DNA from: Camelus ferus
Lineage: Eukaryota
DNA: 64,000 nt
Reading direction: 5' to 3'
Assembly: GCF_009834535.1 (NCBI RefSeq)
Contig: NC_045697.1
Span: 118,298,001-118,362,000 of the forward strand
A model generated the notes under the pieces. That model worked only from the letters and a program-made list of their open reading frames with translations, was not told where the DNA came from and ran no database searches. Made by a program: the position numbers and the translations under genes. This document shows positions 11,640 through 24,170 of this stretch, in pieces; the stretch's first letter is position 1, and each line of letters starts with the position of its first letter.

Positions 11640-12300
11640 GTCATTTTATTACCTTGCTTACTTTTTTTTTTTTTTTTCAATTCAGCGTTCTGTTTTCCAC
11701 ATCCGTCTGCCTGCCTTTTTAACACACCTCTCGGTTACGTATGTAAACCGAGCCAGCCACTCTGCTGCGTGGGATTGCTTCCTGTGTGTATATTACACTT
11801 ATGTATAAAGGCAAGCACGCGTGTTGCTTTCACTGCTTTGCTACAACAAGCAAGATGCACTGACCCTCGTGTTAGGGCCACTCCTCTCTGGTGAGTATAA
11901 TTTGAAAGCAGGATTACTGAATCGTAGGAGAAATAATAACAACTTTACCCATCTCGAGGTAATTGTTACCGGTATATAAAGGCAAGTCAGCTGGTATCTC
12001 GTTTGAATTTACTTTTTTGCCTTTTTTTTCCTGCCTACTAGTGAGGTTGAGCACTTCTACATGCATTAGTCTTTCATATTTTTCCTTCTATGAGTTGCCT
12101 ATTCATAATCTTTGCCTAGTTTTGTGTTGGATGTTACACCTTTTCCTTGTCAGGTTAAGGGAGTTCCATGTACAGTTTGTATGTTAATCTCTTGCTGGTT
12201 TTAGGTATTTCAGTATATTTGCCCAGTTGAACACCAATCTTTAAACTTTGTAGTATTCTTAATTAAACAGAAATTTTTCATTTTGAGGGAGCTAAATCTT
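11640..12300 (-). mobile_element. Ancient L1 fragment
   Basis: Antisense ORF2-end motifs (CTAGTGAGGTTGAGCA, TTCTATGAGTTGCCTATTCATA). Confidence 0.65.
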
Positions 12301-12451
12301 CCCTAAACAGCTATATTATGCACAGGGTTATGGCAAAGAAACAAGCAGATGTACCAAGAAAGCTTTCCCTAGACCCTTCCAATTTTCTGATACCATTTCC
12401 CGCACATATACAACCAACATTCAGTCCCCATTGTCTCCCCAAGGGATTCCC

Positions 12452-13256
12452 AAAAAGACATACAGATGCCCAACAGCTGCATGAAAATGTGTTCAACATC
12501 ACTAATTATTATGGAAATGCAAATCAAAACCACAATGAGATATCATCTCATGCCTGTTAGAATGGCTATCATCAAAAAGGCCAGAAATAAGAAGTACTGG
12601 TGAGGATGTGGAGGGAAAAAAGGGAGCCTTTATAAACTGTTGGTGGGAATGTAAATTGGTGCAGCTACTTGGAAGAGAGTATGGAGGGTCCTGAAAAAAT
12701 TAAGACTAGAACTACCATGTGCTCCAGCAACTCCACTTCCGGGTTTACCCGAAGAATACAAAAACACTAATTTGAAAAGAATTCCTATGTCCATCACAGC
12801 ATTATTTATTATTGTTGAGCTGTGGAAACAACCTAAGTGTCCATCAATATCTATACAAGTATATACAATGGAACACTACTCAGCCATGAGAGGATGAAAT
12901 CTCATCACTTGCAACAACATAAATGGACCCTGAGAGTATTCTGCTCAGTGAAATAAGTCAGATGAGAAAGACAAGCACCACAGGCCTTCACTCATGTGTA
13001 AAATATAAAAAACAAACAAAAATAAAATAAATGAACAAACCAAACAAAACCAAATGCATAGAGACAGAGTGATGGTTACCAGGGGAGGGGGGCAATGTGG
13101 GCTAAGGGGGTCAACTGTACGGCGATGGACGAAAAATTAATTATTGGTGGTGAGCACGCTGTAGCGTATACAGAAGTAGGAACAGAATCGTATGCACACG
13201 AAATACACAATTTTATGAACCACTGTTTCCTCAATTAAAAAAATGAAAAATAAATA
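12452..13256 (+). mobile_element. L1 3' fragment (ORF2 end and 3'UTR)
   Basis: GAAATGCAAATCAAAACCACAATGAGATATCA, TGGAAACAACCTAAGTGTCCA, A-rich tail. Confidence 0.92.
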
Positions 13257-14112
13257 TCACTAGAAAGCCAGCTGGCTTTGATCAAGTAGGAAATTGTTGG
13301 CTAATTAGTAATGTTGCTTCAGAAGTTGGTAGATACCACGCTAAATCAAAGCCTTTTTTTTTTTCCAGCAAGAACCAACCAGGATGATTTTTCAAGTTTC
13401 TTAGAAACTTTCAGTCTTAGCTCTTCCAAAAGTTTATGTATCAGTTGAAATGGCTGAGCAATAACTTCCCAAAACTTGTTTAATTATGACCAGAGAGAAT
13501 ATTTCCAGAGTGTCTGCTTCTATCGACCACACTCACTACTTTTCTGGAACTTGCCTGGCTGACATGAAGTAGCCCATACCTGAATTAGGACCCCTGAGGA
13601 GTGGCGCCCCGGCAGCTGCTGCTTTGGAGAATTTCTAGGACAACGTGTTTAGTTTACTTATGGGTTAAGAGGCTATTTCATGGGCACCTGTAGGCAGCTA
13701 AAAGGATAGTAATTCAATCAGAAGTCACTTAAAATATAAACCCATTGATTGATTGGGGATTTGGATGAGTCCTTACATCTGGAAGGAAGGACAGAAAATA
13801 GTACCCATTTTGTGTGTGTGTGTGTGTGTATGAAATAAATCAGCTTTTAAATCTGGGATCAGCAAGGAATTTGCTGGACAGAAGAAAGAGGGCTAGCTAA
13901 CACCATTTTCTTAAAACTGTCATTTTCAAATATATTATTTTTTTGAGTAATGTTCAGGTTATGTTCCTGAAAATGTGGGCTTTTTTTCAAAACAGCAAAA
14001 TCTAAAGTGTCATATCCCACAGGAGAAATGCTTTTAAAGTGTGTCGGTGGTGGGTGAGGTTAGACTGGGTCCCAGAGAGTGAGCTTTGAAGGACTCCAAT
14101 GTAGCTTCTAGA

Positions 14113-14317
14113 CTTGCATTCATCAGTATGTAGGAACTAGTCACACGTGAATGTTTAAATTTAAGTTACAAATTACAATCAAATTAAATTTAAACTATGT
14201 TCCTCGGACACAGTAGACACATTCGAGTGATCAATATCCATGAGCCGCTAGTGGGTTAATTTCAGAAGAGCTCAGGCGCATTTCCAGTCTTTAAAATTGT
14301 TCCATTGGATCCTGCTG
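14113..14317 (-). mobile_element. MER3-like hAT-Charlie MITE
   Basis: ACTAGTCACACGTG...TTTAAATTTAA...GTTCCTCGG...CATTTCCA...TTCCATTGGA matches the recalled MER3 layout. Confidence 0.7.
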
Positions 14318-16662
14318 GTCTTGGAACACAGCAGACGACTGTAAAGGTACAAACTTAGAGAAAGTTATCTAAGTTCTATCAGAATTTCTTCTAAGAGCAT
14401 CTATTCCATTTTATAGAAAGCACAATACCAGGATGTTCTTTTAAACTACAAGTTTATTGAATCAGTGTGTGATTTCAAGTTCTGTGCAATCTGATAGTGG
14501 ACTACGTTTTTGGCAGGGAATGCGGGGGTTTGGGGTTTAACAATAAGCCCTGTGATAGATATACCACAGACACCATCATGAGTGAGTCAGCAACCCTGAC
14601 ATTGCCTAATTCGGACTGTAATTTCTACAGTTGGATGTAAATATTTTGTGCCTGTGATGGTGATACAACACGGCTAAAACTAGAATAATCTGCTAAGGAA
14701 GCATGTATTGAAATCCGATTTGATTTTTAAATATTCATTGAGTAACCAAGTAGGGTAGAAATATAATGAGTGCAAGGGTGAGGTGTTACATCAGGTCACA
14801 TCTGGATGGGATTTTGGAGCAAACATGTTTTACTTGGATCTGCTGGGAGAGGACCAGCATCAGACAGGTGAGAGACAATGAGAACCCTGTTCCTCCTCCA
14901 TCTCCCTCTGCTCCATCCTCTCCCCTCAATCACCCAGGATGCACTAAGAAGCTTTGGGATCAGCACTGGGAAACCACACTTTGGTATCCAGCTATTTTGA
15001 ACACTATGTGTACACTGGAGTTTCACTATGTCACATAGCACCTAAATATCCTTGTTTTCTATAACACTCTCCCTTCAATAAATGCCACTTTACTATCAGC
15101 AGATACACAAATTCTTCCACAGTTTGGCAAGTTATGGCAACATATTAAATGCTAATGATCATCTTTAGGGCTGCCCCGTCCACGTTGCAGAGGCATGACA
15201 CTACACTGCAGCGTAACAGTGACTCAACACGTAGCATGTTACAGTTTGCACAATCCTTCCAGGGAAGACAAATTTCTCTCTCAGAAAAAAGGGGTGGGCA
15301 GGGAGGGGGAGGGGTGAGGTGCCCATGCAGTCCTCAGTAAAGGGGAGAATATTCTGTGAAATTAAAACATCTGAAAGTCGTTCAATCAGAGTTTTCCATC
15401 AGCTAAGAAGAGTCACAAAAGATCGTGGCAAAGAAATATATTGTGTGGTATTTACACTTTTTGAGTAAAAATTACATTCTATATTCAGTATTTCCAAATA
15501 AACACAATGAGAATATTAAAAACTCCACACAATCTTTATTCTCAGATTTACTATGGTTTTGATTTTTTTAAATCTGGTGACACCAGCGTCATCATATTTA
15601 ATTTCATTCTGCTGACATTTTGTACTTCAGCTGCTGCTGCTGCTAATAACTGATAAGCCTGGTTCTATTTAGTCCCAAAAAAAAGGCAAAAAAAAAAAAA
15701 AAAAAAGAAACTGCGATGTTGGAGTTTAATATATCTGGGATGACAGTGATTTGGAAATCTGCCAGAATTGTCTAAAATAGCCTTGTTTGGCCAACAGAGG
15801 ACACATATACAAAATGTTTGCAACATAAGCACAGGCGGTCTGTGTAAAGCAGCTTGTGGTTTAGGTACATGTTTGTGTGCGCGTTACTCAGCCAGATGCA
15901 TCAGAAGATGCTCTGAAACAAACCTCCTGGGAAGAGCCCGTCAGCTTGAATGAACAGGGTTGTGACACGCGGTGACACCTGGGCGTAGTCCGACGTGCCT
16001 TTACCATGACCCCTGTTTCCTAGAATGAGAAAGAAGAGAAGGAATAGTCACTTCTGTCATTTCTTATTTGAAACAGCTGAAACTTCTCCTCAGCATTGTA
16101 ACGAAATTTCAGAACATTTCAAAAGTGCTGCTGGTCCTTTCCTCTTCTGAAAATATAACAGCTCCACCTTGAGGCAAAATCATTTGATCTACAGGAGCTT
16201 CGGTTTTAAGAAGAAGCAATATGTGTGATGACTCGTGACCAATGATCCCTCATGGAAAAAGAAAGGAACTCCAAAATTATACAGTGGATTTGGGAGCTCA
16301 CCCTGTGTTTCCATTCCTGGCTGAAAATAATAAGCATTAAGTTATCGAAGGAAGACAAATTATTGTAAAGTTAACGGCCATTTTTAGACTGGAATAGCAT
16401 TTGGCCAAATTCATATCGATGAAATTTTATTTGAAGTTGGTCAAAAGGAAAACTAGAAATTTAGCAATATAGTTGCTCTCCATTGGCAAATACATTTCTA
16501 ATACTAGCTGGCCAAGAAAACACCCACATGGAACTTTTTCTAGAACTTACCATGTATACCCTACTGTTGGCAAAAGGTTGCTGCTAGAATGGGAGAGAAA
16601 TGGTGAAAGTTAGCAGATGAAATTCCACATTTCACTCAAATTCTGTGACTTAGCCTTAAGGC

Positions 16663-16696
<34 letters not shown>

Positions 16697-16907
16697 TATT
16701 TTTTAGTTTTTCTTTTTGACCCTATCAAGGGTCAGACTTGAAGCTGCAGCAAAAGAAATGTGGAGACACTGAAACCTGCCCCAAGCAAAGATTAGAATGA
16801 TTGTCATTATTTCACCCCATGTCTTCTCCTGGTTACAAATATGCTAAGAAGCATCCTCGTTGTAACTGAAAAACTTTTTTCTACATTTTCTTCTGGCTCT
16901 TCTATAA

Positions 16908-17532
16908 ATTTTTTTACATTTTTTATTGAGTTATAGTCATTTTACAATGTTGTGTCAACTTCCAGTGTAGAGCACAATTTTTCAGTTATACATGAACATA
17001 CATACATTCATTGTCACATTCTCTTTTGCTGTGAGCCACCACAGGATCCTGTATGTATCTCCCTGTGCTACACAGTACAGTCTCATTTATCTATTCTACA
17101 TTTTGAAATCCCAGTCCCTTCCCACCCCCTGTCCCTCTGGCAACCACAAGTTTGCATGCTATGTCTATGAGTCTGTTTCTGTTTAGCATTTTTTTTTTTT
17201 TCAGATTCCACATATGAGTGATCTCATATGGTATTTTTCTTTCTCTTTCTGGCTTACTTCACTTAGAATGACATTCTCCAGAAACATCCATGTTGCTGCA
17301 AATGGCATTATGTTGTTGATTTTTATGGCTGAGTAGTATTCCATTGTATAAATAGTACCACTTCTTCTTTATCCAGTCACCTGTTGATGGACATTTAAGC
17401 TGTTTCCATGTCTTGGCTATTGTAAATAGTGCTGCTATGAACATTGGGGCGCAGATGTCATTTTGAAGTAGGGTTCTTTCTGGATATATGCCCAGGAGCA
17501 GGATTCCTGGGTCATATGGTAAGTCTATTCCT
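16908..17532 (-). mobile_element. Young 5'-truncated L1
   Basis: Same family as 6245-6749; ORF 17259-17444 is L1 ORF2 ([15 protein letters not shown]); TSD TGGCTCTTCTATAA (16894-16907) / TGACTCTTCTATAA (17533-17546). Confidence 0.93.
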
Positions 17533-17959
17533 TGACTCTTCTATAATTTTATATAATTCATTTAACTATTTAGTCTTTGTTGAATTTTTGTGTACATGTT
17601 TATGAATGATATTACAAGCTAATTTTCTCATTAGTAACCAAATGTTCCCACACTGCTTATTCCTGAGCCATCCATACAGATAAACGGGGAAGTCATTTAT
17701 TATTTATGTTGATCAGGGATTACTACACTCTTTTATTAATTTGATTAGTTTTTAGTAGATGCTCCTAGATTTTTGAGACAAGTGATCTTATCTATAAAAA
17801 TGCCACCTCTCTTGAGTCAAGGTTGCTAACTGCTTTTACGCAGGAAATCGTGCATTTATTACAGATTGGTATCTAATAATTTTTTTTTTTTTTTTTACTA
17901 TTTTTATATCTCGTATCTACAAATGTTTTGAATTCACTTTCTTTTTGAGCGTCAGGTTA

Positions 17960-18400
17960 GTGGAACGAGGAGACAGAAATGCCGCAGACCTACATCGTGG
18001 GAATAGCATCCTCTGGGAGAGCTGGGAGGTCACAGTCCTGGGGGACTAGCCGCGTGCTTCCCCCCGCCCCCACCCCGTTACATACAGCTCGCTGCTCCTC
18101 CGCTGCCTGGCATCTGAGAGAGGAGGGAGGGAAGGAAGGCGGAGAGGAGGAGGACCCGAGGGAGGTCCCTCGCTTGCTTCCTTGCCAGTGAGGCCGGGCG
18201 AGCAGCTGGGTGCGATGAGGAAAAGCCATCCTCGCAAGCGCGCCTGCTCTCCAGCTGCTCCGGCCCTCGGCAACGCCCTTGTTCTCACGGTCCATCCTGA
18301 GCTCTTCCCTCACAGCTGCGGGGGGGGTGGGGTGTATCGGGGGGGAAGCTAACACGTTTGTTGCGTAGTCTCAAAACCCGGGCAGAGGAAATATTTAAGT
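17960..18400. promoter_or_regulatory. GC/CpG-enriched unique segment, possible promoter or enhancer
   Basis: Local GC and CpG enrichment, GC box CCCCGCCCC at about 18062-18070, G-runs; no repeat recognised. Confidence 0.3.
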
Positions 18401-19559
18401 AACCATGGCAGATGTACTGTAGCAATGAACACACCACGTTCCTCTGGTATTGACACCCATGTTCTTACATCGTATTAACGTACAAGCGTAAGAAATGCAT
18501 TCCAACATCTGGTGCGTTCAGTGCGGCTAAACATGCACGTGAAAAAACAAATCTGGAAGCCCTTTCCATAAAGATTTTTAGAGATCAGCTTATAATGAAG
18601 ACACTCTTTGGAAACTGGGAATAAAAAGCATAATTTGGGGTGTTAGAAGCCACGGGCAAACCTACCATTCTTGGTCGCTTTAAACACTAAGAATGTAAAG
18701 TGGCCAGTATGTACTAGCTTTTTTTCCAGATTAAAAATTAATGCAGCTCCAAGGAAGAAGTCCACGTGTCTCAGGCTTTCCAGATGCAGAAGAGAGAAAA
18801 AAAGTGTACCTTCCGGGGATGGTAAGTGCAAAGTGATCACATACCCGGGGTTGAAAGACGCTGTTAAAGAAAGCATGTGTCAAGACTCCAAATCTCACCA
18901 GGTGCCCACAAGCCCTCTCGAGGGAAATCTATACACTTCATCTTTTTGCCTGATGCCGGAATAGTATGTTTAATAAGACCTGGGGAAAAAATTTGCCTTT
19001 AAGCAAAAATCCCTGAAAGCATTCTTTTACTATGCGTTAGCTCCAAAATAAACAGTTCTCCAAGCCCCTTCCCTGAAATTCAGTACCTACCTGGGTGGTA
19101 TTTTTATATAAAACAAGAAGAAAAAAAAATACCAGTTTCATATTTTATGGAGCTAGACCCCCGGAAGGAATGTGTTTGATCTTCAGGAAGTGGGGGTCTC
19201 TTTAAGGTACTCAGGGGTGAGGGTCCATGGGGACAGCATCGTGCAGACCATGTGGGGGCAGCCTGTCTCCCATGTGCCTGATCAGTGACACTTGCAGCAT
19301 CCACTAGAGACAGACAGACGGGGGTCCACGGGGTCCAGGAAACAGGGTCACCAGGGAAACAGGAAGACGGCGGGGGGTTCTCTGGGAGGCTGGTGACCCC
19401 TCCCGGCTCCACGGCCAGACTCAGCGTCTTGCTGCCAGCACGCCCTCCCTCAGGCTGCTCACGGCTCCCCCACTGGGGCCCCCTTCAGGGACAGAGGGGC
19501 TTGTCCATTCTGGTAATTTCTTGAAATTTTACTTTATTATTTATTTTTTCAAACCACTT

Positions 19560-19840
19560 AATTATTTTTTATTTGAAGTATAATTGATTTACAATGTTAC
19601 AGTGTTAGTCTCTGAGGTACCGCATAGTGATTCAGTTATACATATACATTATTTTTCATATTCCTTTTCATTATAGGTTATTATAAGATATTGAATAGAG
19701 TTCCCTGTGCTGTACAGTAGGTCCTTGTTGTTTATCTATTTTTATATACAGTAGTGTGTATCTGCTAATCCCAAACTCCTAATTTACCCCTTCCCACCCC
19801 CTTCCTCCCTGATAGCCATGTTTATTTTCTATGTCTGTGT
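19560..19840 (-). mobile_element. L1 3'UTR fragment (artiodactyl type)
   Basis: TTGAAGTATAATTGATTTACAATG...GTTCCCTGTGCTGTACAGTAGG. Confidence 0.9.
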
Positions 19841-19842
19841 TA

Positions 19843-20351
19843 TGTATTAATTACGTTCTTTGTTTGTTTTCTTTCTTCCCCGGTGCTTTGCAATGCCAGG
19901 CACTGCTGACACGGGAACGGCTGCCCTCCCAGGATCAGCTAATTCCTAGAGAGCAAGCTCTTGCCCGATACTCACCTTCACATGCGAATCAAGCAAACCA
20001 TTGTGCTGGCCTCCAAACTGCCTCCCAGGTCAGGCTCTCTCACTCTGGGGTCATCCCAGAGCCAGACAACGAGGCATAGCCCCTGCCCCGAGCCTGCTGA
20101 CATTTCTCAAACCAGCCAGTCCTAACCCTGTTCAGCCTGCCCCCTCAGGTCTCATCCGGTCCATTCCCGCCCTCAAGAACCACCTCTCCCTCTGCTTCCT
20201 GATGAAACGGTTCCTTCCTTCTCGCACCCTGTGCAGTTGGAAGGCCCCTGACTTGGGAGCCATGCGTGAGTAATGGTTGTCAGTGCCAGTCATCTCCTGA
20301 TCTGCTGGTTTCACCATCAGTGACCAGTAATAAAACCTGCATTGTGAAACA
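19843..20351 (+). mobile_element. ERVL solo LTR, MER74/MER73-like
   Basis: TGTATTAA start, CTGCCCTCCCAGGATCAGCTAATTCCTAGAGA, CATCTCCTGATCTGCTGG, AATAAA, ends AAACA. Confidence 0.8.
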
Positions 20352-20559
20352 CACTTCCCACCCCATTCTGCCCATTCTGTACACACACAGATACGGACAC
20401 ACATACAGACACACACACAGACATACATACACACAAGGATCTTCTTTTGCCGGGGACTTTTTTTTTCTACGACCCATGTTGCCTGACATAGTCTTACGCA
20501 GTCTTCTTGCTTTACAAACCTCTCTTCTCCACTTCAAACCCATCCCCAGCTTCTGCAGG

Positions 20560-20778
20560 AAGGGCTGCAGGTTTCTCTGCAGTGCACGTGACATTCATGC
20601 CTTAGTCATAGCGCCAGGCACGTTGCACTGTAACTGTTTTAACTGTTTACTTCTCTGATACTTTTGCTCAGGAGCACTGTGTTATTTAATCTTGTTATTC
20701 CTACCATCTGAGACATCTGCTCACTATTGATAGTCTGCATAGATCCTTACTGTGATTTTGGTTTTTGAACAAATGAAA
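20560..20778 (+). mobile_element. L2 3' end
   Basis: Decayed L2 terminus ending TTGAACAAATGAA. Confidence 0.5.
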
Positions 20779-21470
20779 CCTTTGCTGAAAATGACATCCT
20801 CTTTTTCCAAACTCCCTTCTGTCCCGTTCCTTTCCCAGACGCTCGCTTTGGTGGATACCGTCCGATGTGTACGCTCTGGCTCCTAAACCAGACTGCAGAG
20901 TGCTAAGGCCGGAACACCATGCCTTGTGCTTTTTCGTACACTGAGAATTGAGTCCCATGCTTGTTCGTGTTAATAGCTGGTTAATGATTTATTACTAAGC
21001 TTAATTTAGATACAAGGAGTAATATAAACTTATTCAATTTTAACATTACAATTCTTGGTCTCTTAAGACTCAGTTCTTCAAGTGTCTGCTGGGCTGCCTG
21101 ACTCTTAACTGTGCCCTTATCAAAACACACAAAATAACAGGATGCCTGCTGCAGAAAAATGTGTGAATGTATACATGTAAATAAATCATATGGTCTTGTT
21201 TTAGAGTAATTTGTCTACAAGGATGATAAAGCCCTTAAAACTTATGTAAGAAAAAAAGATCTCAAAGTATTTACTAGTATCTCCTATACCCCAAGGTGGA
21301 CTGGAAGTAAGACGCTGACCATTAGCAGGAGGAGAAAGAGGGCACAGCCTCTGTCCGTCTGTCCATCCTGATGAGTGATGTTCATAAGGAGGAGGCTGAG
21401 TGTGCGAGGAGGCAGGGGGTGCGTGAAAATCTCTGCAGCTCCCTCCCTACCTTGTTCTACACCAAACACT

Positions 21471-21589
21471 GCTATAAAATAAAAGTCTTTTTAAAAAGAC
21501 AGTGAAGTGTCACAACTGTTGTCAGTGCCTAAGTGTGATTGTCAGCTGTCTAGACCGAAGCCCAAATTGTTTTCTTATCTCAGGTAAGT
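21471..21589 (+). promoter_or_regulatory. TATA-like box followed by a polypyrimidine-CAG|GTAAGT splice signal
   Basis: TATAAAA at 21473-21479; TTGTTTTCTTATCTCAG (21567-21583) directly abutting GTAAGT (21584-21589). Confidence 0.35.
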
Positions 21590-22619
21590 AATACAGAACC
21601 ACCATCAGAGGCTCGGCTTCCATGAACAGGGAGGGGTTTTCAACTGATCATTTGTTTCAAGTGTTTTCACTTCCATTTATTTTAGTTTCATTGTACAACA
21701 GAGACACCTCTTACCAAAAAATAATAAAGGGAGTTTGGTCCTAAATTCAGTGGCTGTAATTGGAGAGGCCAAGTGATACAACCCTTTGTGGTTTTCCTGT
21801 TTGTTTTTCAGCACACAGGGTGGGGGGTTTTATTGAATTATGGCTGATTTACAACATCATGTTAGTTTCTGGTGCACAGCAATTGCAGTGTGTTCCTCCT
21901 TTCCTTCCGTTCTAATAGAGTGTATAGAGGATCGAGTTGGTGGTTTGTCAACTTCCCTTTAACACAGAATTCCAAGGGATCCCACCTTTCCCTGTTCATA
22001 AATCTGTTAATAAAATTAAACACTGGTCAGCCTCAAGGCACAACCCCCAAGCCTGTTTATGGGCAGTCTTCTAATTATTAAAAGGCTGAAATGATTCATT
22101 AAGTATAATTTTGAGTTAAAGACAGGGCTTTATGTTTATTTCAGAAGCGATGTCTCTGGAACCTGTGACGTGATCCGTTTTGCAGTTTATTCGGACGCAT
22201 TAATGAGAACTTGTCTTAATCCCACACAGCTGGGTTGTCTCCCGTGCGTTTGTGAGTTTCACAGATGTTCCTTCTGGCGCGTTCAGACTGCTTCCGCCAC
22301 ATTCTCCTCTGCTGATGAGTTGCTGTTTCCATTGCAAGGAATGCTTTAAACATAATCGTAATTCAGCTGTCATCATAAATGATTTGGATGATGTTTAAGC
22401 CACAAAGTCTTAAGTGGCTTCTCAAGGCTCAATCAGGATGGATTTAAGTGATTAAGCCAGTGTTCTGTAGATAATGATTTGTGTCTTAGAGATTATATTC
22501 AGTGGCCACCACATTGTACCCTTAAAAGATGTAAAATTTTGTATCTTAGCATAATTTTGTTTTACTACTGAAAGCAAGAAAGATGAGATTTCTTGACTTC
22601 CAAATGAGCAATTAAGAAT

Positions 22620-24170
22620 AAGAAAAATAAGTTTATTTTCCATTTACTTAACACTTTGAGCCTTTTCCTTTCTTGATGTAGATCTGAGTTTCTGACCTTT
22701 AACATTTGCCTTCCCTTTGGCGGGAAAAAAGAAAACAAAACTTGCTTTAAAATTGTTTATAAGGCAGACCTACTGGCAACAAATTCCTTCCATTTTTTGT
22801 GTGTCTGAAAATGTCTTTACTTCTTCTTCACTTAAAAGATAATTTTGCAGGGTGCAGGGTTCTAAACTGGTGAATTTCTCCTCTCAGCACTTAGAACGCT
22901 GAACTCCACCCTCTCCTCGCTTACATGGCTTCGGAGGAGAAGTCAGACGTCATTCGTGTTCCTCTCCCGGTAACATGTTTTCCTCTCTGGCTTCTTTCAG
23001 GATTTTTCCTTCACTTTGATTTCCTGTTGTTCAAAAATGATAAGCCTAGGTGTAATTGCTTTTGCTTTTAGTTTGTTTTGCTATTTAACCTGCTTGGTTT
23101 TCTCTAAGCTTCCTGCATTTGTGCTTTGGTGTCTGATTTTCATTGGGGGATATTTTCGGTCATTATTGCTTCAGATATCTGTCTGTCCCTTTCTGTGCAT
23201 CTTGTCCTCCTGGACTGGCCATATACGTACGTTACACCTTCTGTAGCATACTCTTCTCTTTGCTTTCTGTTTACTGAGATAATCAAGCGCAGAGACTTTT
23301 TTCAGCCACATCCAGTCCACTGTTGAGCCTATGAAAGGAGCTCTTCACCACCCTTACAGGGCTTTATCTCTAGCGTTTCTTTTTCTTTTGTTTTTAGTTA
23401 GGATGTATCTCTCTGCTTAAGTTGCCCATCTATTCTTGCATGCAGTCTACTTTCTCCATCATGGCCCTCAGCATATACTGATCATAGTGCGGTGAGGTGT
23501 GCAGCCAGGAGGTGCACCCTTCAGGCCTGGGATCAGGTCTCAGTCTTCTGAGGAGTCTGTGTCCCAAACTGGGGGCTTCAGAAGTGCATCTCAGGGTTTC
23601 TTCTGCTTCTTGGGTGAGACGGGAGGGCTGGAGTGGTCTGAGTCATGCATTTCCCTTCTGCCCGGCCAGTTAGGCTCTGAAAACACCCCAGCAGCATAAG
23701 CTCCAGCTGACTAGTGTCTCCTGAGGGCAGGTCTGGTTAAGAGCAGCGCTCTGTTCCTCTCCTCCCACCCCCAAATCACAAGGGCTTTCCTTCAGTGTTT
23801 ACGGTGAGATCTGGGCCAGGTCCCTGGAGGTGAAACTCACAAAAAGGGCGAAACTGTGTCCCCCTGGATTTTTGTTTCCCAGGCTTGTCCACACTGGGCC
23901 TCCAGCAGTTCACTGATTACAGCTGAGGTTTTCCTGCCCCAAGGCTGGTGCCCGAGCTGGTTCTGCTTGAGAGTCTCCACCCCGGTGAACTGTGCCTCCA
24001 GCCCAAGCCCCAACTTGGTACACTTATCCCTCCAAGTCCTGCAGGCAGCATTTGGCCTGTGTCTTCACCTCTCATAAGGACCTTAAAGAGCTGTGCATTT
24101 TCCAGTCTGTTCAGCTCTTTACCTGTTGTCAGGGTGGAGAAGCAACTTCCAAGCTTCTTACATGCACAGC
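22620..24170 (-). mobile_element. Old L1 (L1MC/L1MD-type) 5' region and ORF1 remnant
   Basis: GTAGATCTGAGTTTCTGACCT, TCTGAAAATGTCTTTA, GAGAAGTCAG, CAACTTCCAAGCTTCTTACATG. Confidence 0.75.
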
